Part shown: positions 45,443 through 57,133 of the stretch, piece by piece
Layout: the number at the start of each line of letters is the position of its first letter
How positions within the stretch are numbered: the first letter of the stretch is position 1
Assembly (NCBI GenBank): GCA_030167865.1
Contig: JALAGF010000485.1
Location: forward strand, 1 to 64,000
Direction: 5' to 3'
DNA from: Craspedostauros australis
Lineage: Eukaryota
Length of the DNA stretch: 64,000 nucleotides
Position numbers and translations under genes: made by a program
The notes under the pieces: generated by a model
Seen by the model: the letters and a program-made list of their open reading frames with translations, nothing else
What the model was told of the DNA's origin: nothing
Database searches by the model: none

Positions 45443-48400
45443 ATGGCTTTGACGCAGCAACGCACCATCAACATGACCATGAATGCAAATGGCAAGGCCC
45501 CATCTCCTGCCGTCGCGACGGCGAAGTCCGCCGCGATCGATGATTCTCCCACATCCTCCACCGCTGTGCCCAAGCCATTGGCCACGGCCAAGTCCAAACG
45601 CCGGCTGGTGGGTCCCTACCCGCGCAAGAACAAGCAGAGCTCGAATCCCGTGCCAAGGAGCAACAGCAACGCCAGCGCCGGTGCTGCAGAGCGCGCCGCC
45701 ATTCCCAGGAATAGCACCAGCAGCAGCAGCACCAATGCCATCAATACCATCAACGCCATCAAGCCGGGAGATGGCAGCAACAGCAATCGCACGAGAACCA
45801 GATCCTCCTCCAGCGATCACAGAAGGGCCGGCAGCGTCAGCTCCTTGCCAGACACAAAACCCATTTCACCGACGTTGGCTTCGGATTCGCCATCAGCCCG
45901 AAGACGGCTGCTGCCGCCATCGCTGGGACAGAAGGCACCCGCCCCATTCAACGGAGGTTCCAGCCACAGATCCACCCACAGGGCCTCCATTGCGACCGTG
46001 CCCCAATCACCGAGCGCAAGGGACAGGGCCCGTCAGTTGGAGAACCGAATCAGCATCAACGCGGCGGGCAGTCCCTCCAAACCCAGATTCAAGCTCCGCA
46101 GATCCGCCACCGACGGTGTGCCCACAGCAAGCCCGCGCACATCGTCGCATCACAGACGAGCATCGACGTCCAGCGTCACGCCCGACATTCCGAGCTCGCC
46201 ATTCGAAAGCTACATGGCTTCTCCGCCGCAGCGCACGGGACGCATTCGTTCCATCGCCATCGAAGGCTTTCACAGCGAGCACGTCGAGATCAAGGCATCG
46301 ACGAAGAACGCCAAAACATCGCAGCCTCCGGCTATGCCGTTATCGAGGAAGCGAACGGTGCGGACCTCCATTGCCGTGTCGTCGCCCACGAAGCATGCCA
46401 GCGCAATGGCCGACGATGACCATGTCACGGCCGAGACGGACGCCACCAGTATCAGCAACCGATCCATGGGCACCGCCAGATCCACGTCGGTCGCGTCGCC
46501 GGCTTCCAGAGCGCAAGGCAGACGAAAGACGTTGGCAAGCAACTCGCCGGTGTCGAAGGACAAGACGCGGCAACCCAACAAGGCTGCCTCCAACAAATCC
46601 AAGACGCCGCGAACTACCTCACCACCGCCTCCGCCACCGGCGACGCCGATACTGTCGCCTGCCGCAGTGTCACGCGCCATGGCCAAACCGTCCTTGATCA
46701 AGGCCAAGCTGCGCGACGAACGACGCAAGCAGGAAAAGATACGCAAACGTGAGGCGGAGGCCACGGCGCGCATGCAAAAGCTCAAGGAGGAAATATCGCA
46801 CACCGATGAACGTGAGAAGCAGCATCTAGAGATGGAATTGAAGCAGCTCAAGCAGGTGTCCGAACTCGCGGCGCTGGCCAAGATGGCGGACGACATGGAT
46901 AGCGACGTGTATTCTACCGATGACGATGATACCCTTCTCGGTTTCAACCTCAAGGGCAGCAGCAGCGGCGGCGGTGACGCCACCGTCATGCGCGGCAAAC
47001 GCGATGCCGCACGTCCGATCGCGAAGATGACGGACCGCGCGACACGCCAAAACTCGAGGAAGGTCATCTCGCAGATGAACTCCTCCTTTGCCATGCTCAG
47101 CTTCAGCGACGATGAGGACGATGACGTGCAGGATGACGATCTGCACGAGGGTGCCGATGCCATGGATTACGCTGCCCTCGCGCCCCGACTGTCACCGCGC
47201 ATTCGACCCAAGCGCGATGCCAAATCAAGCCCCGACGTTGATTCCATCCTCACGTTTTCCAACCACGGTTCCGGGGACGCCGGTGATGCGGATGATGAGA
47301 CTGACACCAAAACAAAAAGCATCGCCAAGAGTAACGCCACCGCCAACAGCAATCCTCCGGCACGTGCCAACGCGCGACCGCGTCGCGGCAACCGCAAGAA
47401 GACCAAGCCGAAACGCAACATGTCCAATCTGGTGCCTGAGATGAGAAGGCGCATCTCGCGCAAGGATATCAACTTTGATGACGACGATGCCATGGACAAG
47501 ATATCGGCCGACGATGTGGACGACATCATCATTGACGGCGATTCGGAACACGGCGGCGCGGATGCCAAGGACGCCGACAGCAAGCCAAAGACCAGCCAGT
47601 CGACGCACGGAGATATGGGACGTTCGGTGTCAGCGGATTCATCAGGAGAAGAAGCATTCGCGGCGACATCCAAATCGGCCAGAGCCAGCCGAGTATCCAC
47701 ATCGTCCATAATCGCTGAGGAAGGCCCAGCGACAGCAGCAGCAGCAGGAGGAGGAGCAGCTAGTGTGGCGTCGCCAACGGCGACTGGCAAGACCAATGGT
47801 GCTGCTGCGACCGGCGCTGCAATGTCTGGTCGCAGAGGACTCAAGATGTTCAAATCCAAAAAGAAGGCCACCGAAAAGGATGACAACCAAAAGATGATCG
47901 AGCTGCGCCAGAAGCTCGAACAGGCCAAGATCGACTTCCAGCGAGGGCACGATCTGTGTTGGAAGTTCCAGGACTCAGCCGGCGCATTGATGGAGTTCCG
48001 CAAGGCATTGATCGTGCGAGAATCGGGGCTGGGCAAGTTCCATGAAGACACGGGCCGCACGTACTACTGGATCGGAAGATCGCTCGTCAAGCTCAAGGAG
48101 TTCGAGGAGGCCCTGGTGGCATTCTCCAGAGCGCTGCGCATCTTCTTGCGCGTTCTCAAGACGAGTCACAAGTACGTCAAGTGGACACGATCAGCCATCG
48201 ATTCTGTCTTCCTCGAGATGGACGAAGACAAGGAGATCCTGCAAGAGTACAAACGCGCCGTGGAGGATTCCATCGAGTACGAACGAGTTGGAGATTCCCT
48301 ACGCAAGAAGGGCAAGCTCACCGAAGCCATCGTGCAGTACCGCGACGCCATCGACAACATCGAGGAGTACCATCCCGACGCCGCCGATCTGTACTGCAAG

Positions 48401-48601
48401 ATCGCCATCATCTACCGCAGGCAGGGCGAGTTCGAACGTGCGCTCGATGAGTACCGTTTCGCATCTGAGATTTACGAGATGTCCTTGGGTGCTGACCATC
48501 CGGAGACTGTCAAGGCTCTCGGTAACTTGGTGGAGAAACGGCGAATGGGACAGCTCAGCATGGCGCTCATGCAGCAACTGAACAATACAGACATTCAGTG
48601 A
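45443..48601 (+). CDS. Large low-complexity protein with C-terminal TPR repeats (kinesin-light-chain/TPR_12-like)
   Basis: About 800 aa of S/T/P/R-rich sequence with a short coiled coil, then TPRs: LGKFHEDTGRTYYWIG, HPDAADLYCKIA, LGADHPETVKALGNL. Confidence 0.82.
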   Translation: MALTQQRTINMTMNANGKAPSPAVATAKSAAIDDSPTSSTAVPKPLATAKSKRRLVGPYPRKNKQSSNPVPRSNSNASAGAAERAAIPRNSTSSSSTNAINTINAIKPGDGSNSNRTRTRSSSSDHRRAGSVSSLPDTKPISPTLASDSPSARRRLLPPSLGQKAPAPFNGGSSHRSTHRASIATVPQSPSARDRARQLENRISINAAGSPSKPRFKLRRSATDGVPTASPRTSSHHRRASTSSVTPDIPSSPFESYMASPPQRTGRIRSIAIEGFHSEHVEIKASTKNAKTSQPPAMPLSRKRTVRTSIAVSSPTKHASAMADDDHVTAETDATSISNRSMGTARSTSVASPASRAQGRRKTLASNSPVSKDKTRQPNKAASNKSKTPRTTSPPPPPPATPILSPAAVSRAMAKPSLIKAKLRDERRKQEKIRKREAEATARMQKLKEEISHTDEREKQHLEMELKQLKQVSELAALAKMADDMDSDVYSTDDDDTLLGFNLKGSSSGGGDATVMRGKRDAARPIAKMTDRATRQNSRKVISQMNSSFAMLSFSDDEDDDVQDDDLHEGADAMDYAALAPRLSPRIRPKRDAKSSPDVDSILTFSNHGSGDAGDADDETDTKTKSIAKSNATANSNPPARANARPRRGNRKKTKPKRNMSNLVPEMRRRISRKDINFDDDDAMDKISADDVDDIIIDGDSEHGGADAKDADSKPKTSQSTHGDMGRSVSADSSGEEAFAATSKSARASRVSTSSIIAEEGPATAAAAGGGAASVASPTATGKTNGAAATGAAMSGRRGLKMFKSKKKATEKDDNQKMIELRQKLEQAKIDFQRGHDLCWKFQDSAGALMEFRKALIVRESGLGKFHEDTGRTYYWIGRSLVKLKEFEEALVAFSRALRIFLRVLKTSHKYVKWTRSAIDSVFLEMDEDKEILQEYKRAVEDSIEYERVGDSLRKKGKLTEAIVQYRDAIDNIEEYHPDAADLYCKIAIIYRRQGEFERALDEYRFASEIYEMSLGADHPETVKALGNLVEKRRMGQLSMALMQQLNNTDIQ

Positions 48602-49270
48602 TGAGACGACAGGGGGGATGTTGGCATTCTCTCTCCAGTGTTGCGCCATGTGCACACACACGGTCTGCATCGTACTCGTATGAAGGATGATGCTGAGGAT
48701 GACAGAAGCACTCGCAACAACAGCGTCAACTCCAGCGACAGGGACAACAGAAGTACATCAACTATTCATCCATGTGATGGCGGGTTGGTACTCCAACGGT
48801 TTTCAATGGGAGGAGGTATCAAGGCATAGGGAGCAAGAGGCATTAAGACTTGCGCTCGTGCGGAAAGCCAGCGTTGGACTCCGCCATGCTCAAATCACAT
48901 TCTACATACGAGGAACAGTATGGGACAGCATCATCAATCTCGGCCGTTGGTAGTCAAACAGAAGAGGGGGGAAGGGATAAAGCAACTCATTTATACACAT
49001 GCGGCAAACGCAGTAGACATTTATTCAATCACACCAAGCTACCAGGCCACATCGACGCATTGAGTCATTGCTCCGCTGCCCTACACACTTGACTTTAATC
49101 TGCGCCATTGCTGAACGCGCCTCCTTCACACCATGTGCTTATTTTACGGATGTCATCGCCGATTGCAGCGCAGAGACCGATCTACGATTCGGTACTCTAC
49201 TTGACAAGTATTGTACTTGGCTTTGTCATGATTTGCGTTTTCCCCTCTGCTCTGCTCCGTTGCATACAAA

Positions 49271-50770
49271 TCACAAGGACGATCGGATCTTGTGCTGCGC
49301 TCCTCGATTAATGGTATGCGATGAAGTACCAGCCAGCCCTTGTACACCATCACCTGACGAGCGCCCCAGCATCCGTTCCAACCATCGTTCCAGATGAGGC
49401 GAAGGCCCGTTGGATCCATACTCATAGGAGTGCGGTCGCACAGAACCCGCTTCGATCTGATGCAGCAACGGCGTGAAGATCTTCCAAGACAACAGCAGCT
49501 CGTCATCGCGCACGAACGGTGCTTGGTTGCCGCGCAGAACATGCAACAGCAACCGCGTGTAGGCATCCGGGTTCATCTGCGATTTTGACAAAAGCGACGC
49601 GTACGACAGCTGCAGGGAAGCTTGCATCGGCGCTGTGGACAATCCCGGTGTCTTGATGTTGTGGACCAATTCCAGCTTGCGATCGGGCTGCAATCGCATG
49701 ACGATCTCGTTGTGCGGCAGCCGATGCGCAAGCCCAGGCAGCGACGGCGCTGGTTTCAAACGAATGCGGACTTCGCAAAGCCGCTCCTGCAGCGCCTTGC
49801 CGGCCTGCAAGATGAAGGGTACGCCGTGCCACCGCGGTGTGTCGATACGGCAACGCACGGCCGCGAAGGTGGGGCAGTTGGTATCCTTGTTCTGAATCGT
49901 CGGATCCTTGGCGTATCCATCGTACTGACCTAGCAGGACATCGTCTCCCAGTTTGAGCGTCGATATATGCTTCAGCACTTCCACCTTGGCATCCCGAATG
50001 GCAGCACCAGACGCGTCGCGCGGTCGTTCCATCGCCACCACCGTCAAGATCTGCAGCAGATGATTCTGCAGGACATCCCGCAAGATGCCGTAGTTGTCAA
50101 AGTAGCCGCCGCGGCCCTCCGTACCGAACGGTTCGCGGAATGTGATGAAGACGCAATCCACAGCGCGCCGATGCCAAATGGGCTGCGTCCAAGTGTTGCC
50201 GAATCTCCACGTCATCATGTTCTGCACTACCTCCTTGCCCAAGTAATGATCGATGCGGTACATCTGATCTTCGCGCAGTTGCTGCGACAGCGTACCCAGC
50301 AGCTCGTGGCACGATCTCCAATCGCGTCCGAACGGCTTTTCAATGACGACTCGCGTCCAACCGGCGGTGTGCATAGCCGTGCGGCGGATGGCCACAGCCG
50401 TCTCGCCAAATACGTTGGGCGGGATCGCGAAGTAGAATATGCGGTTGTCATTGCAGTGTGCTTGTGATTGTGGTTGTGCTTGTCGTTGCTGTTGCACTTG
50501 TTGCATCATGGTACGGTACGCATCTTCGTCGCTGTACGATCTGCCCGATTGATAGAAGCATAATTGCAGAAAGTCGAGCGCAGCATCCTTGGGCAAGTAC
50601 GGCAGAAGCTGGTCTCTCAGTTGTTGATGCGTCTTCTTGGAGCGTGCGTATCCCCAAATCTGAACGTCGGGTGGCAGCAATTGCTGCTGGTAGAGCTGGA
50701 AGAGTGCTGGGTAGGTCTTCTTCTTGGCCAGATCGCCGCTGGCGCCAATCACCACGATGGTCAAAGATTT
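49271..50770 (-). CDS. G6PD: Glucose-6-phosphate 1-dehydrogenase (main exon)
   Basis: GASGDLAKKK, EKPFG, YRIDHYLGKE, EGRGGYFD..RDVLQNHL. There is an acceptor AG at 50772-50771 and no in-frame ATG, so a 5' exon is required; one candidate is ATG|GTACCG at 51008-51006. Confidence 0.92.
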   Translation of the reverse strand, partial: KSLTIVVIGASGDLAKKKTYPALFQLYQQQLLPPDVQIWGYARSKKTHQQLRDQLLPYLPKDAALDFLQLCFYQSGRSYSDEDAYRTMMQQVQQQRQAQPQSQAHCNDNRIFYFAIPPNVFGETAVAIRRTAMHTAGWTRVVIEKPFGRDWRSCHELLGTLSQQLREDQMYRIDHYLGKEVVQNMMTWRFGNTWTQPIWHRRAVDCVFITFREPFGTEGRGGYFDNYGILRDVLQNHLLQILTVVAMERPRDASGAAIRDAKVEVLKHISTLKLGDDVLLGQYDGYAKDPTIQNKDTNCPTFAAVRCRIDTPRWHGVPFILQAGKALQERLCEVRIRLKPAPSLPGLAHRLPHNEIVMRLQPDRKLELVHNIKTPGLSTAPMQASLQLSYASLLSKSQMNPDAYTRLLLHVLRGNQAPFVRDDELLLSWKIFTPLLHQIEAGSVRPHSYEYGSNGPSPHLERWLERMLGRSSGDGVQGLAGTSSHTINRGAQHKIRSSL

Positions 50771-51598
50771 CTGAAGATGAATGAGGGTGTGATGGAAAAT
50801 GACGTGTACGGGAATTAGTGATACGATGAGGCACGGTGAGATGAGGACGAAGATGAGGACAAAGATGAGAGCAGAGAGAGAGAACGAATGAGATGCACTT
50901 CAATCGCAAAGCGATGGCGCACCACAGGCGACTGCTCTGATTGGAGGGTGCAGTGCAGCGTGTGATCAAATCAACGAGAATGTGCGGCACTCTCAAACAC
51001 GGTACCATACGAGTTCCACGATTTCGTGACAGCCACGCTGTGACTCCACCTTCGTCAATTCCCAGTTTATCACCTACGCACCTGCATCCATGGTTCATTT
51101 GGAGTGGAACTTTGCATTGTCCCAGCATTTGAAGGATTCATCTTCGATTGTGTTTGTTGGGGGGAGAGACCTGACTCTTGACGAGGCCTGGCACGTTTTG
51201 TATCCTTGCTCTCTCTTTCCGCATCACGCAATCACGCAATCACACAATCACGCAATCATGATCACATCCACGGCATCAAGCAGCCAACCAAAAATGAGGC
51301 CGGCAGAACTCACCCCCAATTCCCCCTTCGCACTGCCTACCAGAGTATCTATGCACGCAAGACATGGGGTGCAACGACAATACACTTCTCTAACTCTCAA
51401 TGCCAAGTCCACAAATGCCCAATGGTTGAATGAGAAAGAGAGAAGGCGCAACGGAGTGATACGCTCTGCTCGTGGAGAGGTCAAGTATCATCATACAGAG
51501 TACGCAAGTTCTATCATACGTACGGAATCATTCAAAGGAACTCTAATCAATCGCTACCTTCTCATCGTCATCATCGTCATCATCGTCGCAATAATCTC

Positions 51599-52857
51599 CT
51601 AATACGCCATGTGCTCCTTGACGCTGGCAGGATCGACTTCACCACCCTCGAAACGCGTGACATCGACCTTCGGTGGTTTTGGAGTGCTGAACAGGGAGGT
51701 CTTGCCAAGCGGTCCTTCGCAGCTGACCTGGCCGTTCATGGGGAGGGAGCCCCACTTGCCAACCTCCGGCAGCTTGTCGGCCTTGGCCAGATCCAGCAGC
51801 TCGATCATGGTCTCCTTGTTGAGGCACTCGTAGTAATCATCGTTGATCTGAACCATGGGTGCATTGGCGCAGGCCCCCAAACACTCGACCTCGAGGAGGG
51901 TGAAGAGACCGTCCTTCGTGGTTTCGCCGTTCTTGATTCCGAGATGTTCCGAGATGGTCTGCATGATCTCCTCGCTGCCGCAGATCATGCAGGGTGTGGT
52001 GCCGCAGACCTGGAGGAAGTACTTGCCGACGGGCGTGCGGTTGAACATGGTGTAGAAGGAAGCGACTTCGTAGACTCGCACGGGCGCGACATTGCAGATT
52101 TGCGCGACCTTATCCATGGCCGCCAGCGGCAGCCATCCGCCGTGCTGTCGCTGCGCCAAGTCGAGCAGCGGGATCATGGCGGCCTGTCGGTAGTTGTTTG
52201 GGTACTTCTTCAGCACGCGGTTGGCGCGTTCGTAGTTCTCGTCAGTGAAATCGAAGAACGTGGAGGAATTGTTCTTGTTGGAATTCAAGTGCTGCAAGCC
52301 GCAACATCGTGTAATTTTGCGACAATGTATGGTAGAGCATTGCATCATAGAATATTGTATTGGATGATGGCATCGATCGTGGGGATGTGGTGAAGCGTGT
52401 TTTGAATTGACAGATACGACCACGTTTTTGGTTGGTTGGTCGGTTGGCGACACAACGATGTTTGGAGGATACGTTTCAATCCAGATGATTGCCAAGGATA
52501 CGAAAGGGAGCCGAAGCATGGAAAGAAGATCGAAATGATGATTGAGTGAGGAGACGAACCATCGGAAGCAGCAGCCGAAGCAACAGAGCCTCCCAATACA
52601 GGTACTCTTCTGTCAAATTCGAAACGAATCAACGAATTCATCAACATGCAGCCAACAACCCCCAACACCATAGCATCAAAATAGGACGGGAGGCTGCATG
52701 GAGTAAACTACATCGCTGCTCAGTCTTCCGCACTGCGCAATGCAACACTTACGAAGGACTTGGCGCTTCCCATACTTCGAATTGCCTGTTTCTGGATGCT
52801 GGATCCTGCCGCCACCTTGCGGGCGGCGGCATTCAATTGACGGACCGTGCTGAACAT
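51599..52857 (-). CDS. NDUFV2: NADH:ubiquinone oxidoreductase 24 kDa subunit, mitochondrial
   Basis: Exon 52857-52753 (mitochondrial presequence MFSTVRQLNAAARK) and exon 52291-51599. IPLLDLAQRQ, YEVASFYTMF, 2Fe-2S cysteines in VCGTTPC and VECLGACANAP. Confidence 0.95.
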
Positions 52858-53565
52858 GATTTTGACGCGTGTATTGGAGTGCTTTGAGATGTTCTTTGCT
52901 TGTTCAGATGGAACCACGGTCGGATGCGATTGCGAAGACGGAGCCGACGAGTATCCTGGGTTGAGGACGTATGATGTCTCTGCAGCAGTCTTGTTCAGTG
53001 CACGGAAAGGTCGCCGTTCGTTCTGTTGCCAACAACGACGCTGATGATGTGCCGCTCTGGCCATGGTCGAACATTGCGCTGTTTTGTTCGGCGTTGTTGA
53101 CGTCGATCTCGGTCGATTCATCTGACTCAACCAGTGCTTCTTGGTGATTTGATTTCTCCGGTCGACCAATTGGACTGTTTCAACGAACAAAACGCAAAAA
53201 ACCAAACGGTCATTTGCCCACATTTTTGTTTGCGTTGATCGTGAGCGTGGTTCTGCACGCAGCCTCGTATCGCATCGGAAGATCGTGTTGTTTTGCGCTG
53301 ATGTGTGTTGGTGCCACCAAGTTGGAGGGCGAGGTGGAGTGAGTTGGTCGCAAAGTGAAGAACGAACCACCAATCATCCACACACAGAGGCATTGACAAT
53401 CAGCCCAAACCCACAGGTTGTCCCTGATCATTGCATTGCGTTGCACTGTACAAGGTCCATCGAGAAGGTCGGACGACATCACACTCACTCTCTGCACGTG
53501 CGCTAGCGACATATCGTACTATATCACAATAGACGGGTCATACCGCACACATAGGAGTAGCAACA

Positions 53566-54612
53566 ATGGCGGGAAACAATGACTTCTTCGCGAGCTCGAC
53601 GTTCAAGCTGATCCTGCTGGTCGGCATGGTGCTGCAGAACTCTTCCGTGGCTCTGGTGGGACGGTACACCCGCAGTTCGGTGGCCGAGGAGGATCTGTTC
53701 GTCGTGAGCCATCTGATCATGGTGACGGAGCTGGGCAAGCTGGCGCTGAGCTTCGTCTTCGAGCACGTCGCATCAGGGGGCAAGCTGGCGGAGTCCTTCA
53801 AGATGCACATCCTGGACAACCCCAGGGACGCCCTCAAGATCATGGTGCCCGCGGCGCTGTACCTGATACAGAACAGCCTGCTGTACATCGCCCTGTCCAA
53901 CCTCACGGCGCCCATCTTCCAGGTCACCTACCAGAGCAAGCTCGTGACCACCGCCGTCGTGTCGGTCATGATGCTCAATCGCAAGTACAGTCCGCAGCAA
54001 TGGATCTGCCTCGTCACGCTCAGCGTCGGCGTTGCCATCGTCGTGCTGGGTGCCTCCGGCGACAAGCCCTCTTCCAATGCCAGCGGCGCGCAGTCCCTGC
54101 CCAAGGGTCTCGCGGCCGTCACGATCGCGTGCCTGTGCAGTGCCATGGCGGGCGTCTACTTCGAGAAGGTCGTCAAGACCACCAGCAACAAGAACAAGCC
54201 GCAGGTCAGCGTGTGGATGCGCAACGTCCAGCTGGCATTCTTCACCATCTGCACCACCTTCCTGGAGAACCTGTTCAACGGATCCGGCCAGGACGCCGCG
54301 GCGCCCAGCAAGGGCTACTTCCATGGCTTCACATTCTGGGCGTGGGTCCTCATCGCGCTGCAGGCCGGCGGCGGATTGCTCGTCGCGGCCGTCATCAAGT
54401 ACGCCGACAACGTCCTCAAGGGTCTGGCGACCGGCGTCTCCGTGTGCCTGGCGACCGGAATGTCGACGATCCTCTTTGGAACGCCGCTGAGCGGTCAGTT
54501 TGCCGTCGGTGCCGTGCTCATCCTGACGAGCGTGTACTTCTTTTCCAATCCCGTCGCCAACTTCCCCGTCACCATGCCCGGTGCCGACAAGAAGTCGTTG
54601 TTGCCGAAGTAA
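53566..54612 (+). CDS. Nucleotide-sugar transporter, SLC35A family (UDP-Gal/CMP-Sia-like)
   Basis: VPAALYLIQNSLLYIALSNL, FQVTYQSKLVTTA, AGVYFEK, SVWMRNVQL, GGLLVAAVIKYADNVLKG; multiple TM helices. Confidence 0.93.
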   Translation: MAGNNDFFASSTFKLILLVGMVLQNSSVALVGRYTRSSVAEEDLFVVSHLIMVTELGKLALSFVFEHVASGGKLAESFKMHILDNPRDALKIMVPAALYLIQNSLLYIALSNLTAPIFQVTYQSKLVTTAVVSVMMLNRKYSPQQWICLVTLSVGVAIVVLGASGDKPSSNASGAQSLPKGLAAVTIACLCSAMAGVYFEKVVKTTSNKNKPQVSVWMRNVQLAFFTICTTFLENLFNGSGQDAAAPSKGYFHGFTFWAWVLIALQAGGGLLVAAVIKYADNVLKGLATGVSVCLATGMSTILFGTPLSGQFAVGAVLILTSVYFFSNPVANFPVTMPGADKKSLLPK

Positions 54613-54705
54613 ACATTCCGGTGTGCACCGCATACATGCATGCCGATGGGTGGGTGGGTGGGTGGTGACGATGTGACGATGTGATATGGTAGGAAGGGCT
54701 ACGCA

Positions 54706-54743
54706 CGATGGACGATGGACGATGGACGACGGACGATGGACGA
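54706..54743. repeat. 7-bp tandem repeat (GATGGAC)n
   Basis: About 5 copies downstream of the transporter stop codon. Confidence 0.8.
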
Positions 54744-55339
54744 GTTGCCATTTGATGAGCGCCATGCAACACCAGGCTATCATACACAAGGCAAGGCAAA
54801 ACAGGAACGCACCAATGTGTCCGTATCCAAGGGCCACCACACAACTGCAGGCCTGACATATCATTGTACTCTAGAGACTACTATTGAAGGAACAGATTCA
54901 AGGCCTGGCATATAGCAGAGGACATAGCAATGGCATGCATCGTACTTCTTCTCGACCCTCTGGAGAGCACTGTTGTCTGCAATACCTGAATGCAAACGTG
55001 GGCGCTGCTCGGCATCCAGAATAGGTAGTATCAGTATGTACGTATAAGACATGTATCTGTAGATCGTAGCTCGTGTCGGCGCTCTCGGATCCGAACGTGC
55101 AACACCAGTCCCGATCGTGCATCTTCGATTCGCGCCTTCCGCCATCATGCTCGCTTCTTGTGCACAAACCAAATCAGACCAAAGCCAAGCGAGCGGGCAG
55201 CCAGAGAGACAAACGCATTCTCCATCTCGGGCAACACTCCCACCTCCACTGTCACATTCCAGTGCACACCTGCACCGAGTGAACAACTCACACACGCAAG
55301 CGTGCAGCCAGAGATGCTGAACGTCCCCATTGACGAAGG

Positions 55340-56716
55340 ATGAAGGTAGCAAACCGGCTGCTGCTGCTGTGCTCCATCAGCATCCTCCTCTACGTGGTCC
55401 TGCAGCTCCGATTCGCCACTTCCATCGTCTCGAGCTGCGACACAACGCAATCCTCGTCTTCCTTTGCGTCTTCGTTGTCGGCACAAGCAGATCCCCTCGC
55501 ATCCACGTTGCTTGGTTGCAGCAACACAAATGATGATGCAGCAGCGTGTCTGCAACAGCTGCAAAAGGAGATGGCCAAGGAGATGGCCAAGGAGATGGCC
55601 GAGAAGCTGGCCATCGAAGCGAGGGTCAAGCAGGAGATGGTCGAGCACGCCAAGCAGCGATCCATCGACGATGCTTGTCACATCAACAATCCCAATCATC
55701 GAATTGAGCAGCATAGGGAATACTACCAGAAGGTCAAGCGCGCCATCCATCCGCTGCAGCCGAGCTTCCGACCACCCAAGCCGTGGAACTATGAATCCTT
55801 CGCCGACATATCCATCCTGGGGTTTCCCAAGGCCGGCACTTCGCATCTCTTCCAGCTGCTGACCACGCACCCACAGGGACGTCCCGTCTTCAAGCGCAAG
55901 GAGTTCTGCATGGATCATGGTCACTTTCTCGACTACACGGACGCTTCCTCCAAGATGGTCAACAATAGCACCCTCTTTGATTTGCAGCTCAAGCTCTGGC
56001 GGTATCATCGCCATTCCTTCAAGAAGCGCATGAATCTCACCGTCGAATTCAAGAACATTGGGCAACCGCGGCCGCTCCTCGTCAATGCTTGCTTGCAACC
56101 GCACGAGCTGGAGTACCATGCCGCCTACGTCCCCTTCCCACCGACGGCCAAGTTCATGCTCCTCTTCCGCGATCCGGCCGATTGGCTCTACGCCAGCTGG
56201 AACTTCTGGCAGGACAAGCACCTCGACACGCACAAGTCCAACAACCACGATTGGACGACATTAGCGCAACACTACCGCAGCCCCGAACTATTCCACGAAC
56301 TCATCCTCAGCGGCGACAAGCTCAAGACGCCGGCGTTGCGATTCGCAAACATGCGCCAGCAGACGACGCAGATCCCGCGACGTTTGCTGCAGGTGGTGGG
56401 CCGCGACAACGTGCAGTTCTGGCGCATGGAGGATCTGGCTGCATCGGCGCAGCGCCTCGCGCAATTCACGGGCCTTGAGGCCCAAGGATTCGATCGTCAT
56501 CTGTTGCAATCGCGCACGAATTGCAATCAGCAGAAAGGATACGACGTGCGGTGCAATGCGACTTCTTCTACGAACGTCGGTGGTTACGAGATCACGGGGT
56601 ATCGACCGATGTTGCAACGTACGCGCGAGCTTATTTACATTCAGTTTCATGAAGAATGCAAGGTTTGGGCCAAAGAGTTTGGGATTGTGTATTCGGCATG
56701 TTTGGATGTGATATGA
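55340..56716 (+). CDS. Membrane-anchored sulfotransferase
   Basis: N-terminal signal anchor, 5'-PSB loop ILGFPKAGTS, KE motif, 3'-PB motif FRDPADWLYASW; short AKEM repeat in the stem. Confidence 0.85.
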   Translation: MKVANRLLLLCSISILLYVVLQLRFATSIVSSCDTTQSSSSFASSLSAQADPLASTLLGCSNTNDDAAACLQQLQKEMAKEMAKEMAEKLAIEARVKQEMVEHAKQRSIDDACHINNPNHRIEQHREYYQKVKRAIHPLQPSFRPPKPWNYESFADISILGFPKAGTSHLFQLLTTHPQGRPVFKRKEFCMDHGHFLDYTDASSKMVNNSTLFDLQLKLWRYHRHSFKKRMNLTVEFKNIGQPRPLLVNACLQPHELEYHAAYVPFPPTAKFMLLFRDPADWLYASWNFWQDKHLDTHKSNNHDWTTLAQHYRSPELFHELILSGDKLKTPALRFANMRQQTTQIPRRLLQVVGRDNVQFWRMEDLAASAQRLAQFTGLEAQGFDRHLLQSRTNCNQQKGYDVRCNATSSTNVGGYEITGYRPMLQRTRELIYIQFHEECKVWAKEFGIVYSACLDVI

Positions 56717-57133
56717 TGTGATATGATGTAACGGGGAAGAATGATTGCATAGGAATGGAAGGAGGGTATGGTCGTGTTATGGACTGCGGCTTAATGGTAT
56801 AGAGCATTAGAGTAGAAGATGTGCCGTGCAGTACACTACAGTACAGTTCAGTGCACTAGTAAAGTGGGACGGACGGCAGAACATTCATGCACAATATTCG
56901 TGTCACGCCCTTGCAGATGGATCTATGTTGAAGAGAGTACTCCTGTTGTACTATACTAGCGCAGCGCTCCAATTGTTACTGATGACGTCTCTGCTGATGC
57001 TGTGCGCGATGAAACCAAGGAATGCAAGGTTGCATCGGCCAGCTGTTGAGATGACGACCCTCGTGCCTGTACAACCAAAGGACTTGGCAGATTCCACTCC
57101 CATCCACTCACATCCAATCCATTGGAAATCCGA

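Noticed and set aside
3939..56716. Glycan biosynthesis cluster (two sulfotransferase-like genes, two glycosyltransferases, a sugar transporter)
   Set aside because: The genes are spread over 50 kb among unrelated housekeeping genes, and these families are abundant in diatoms.
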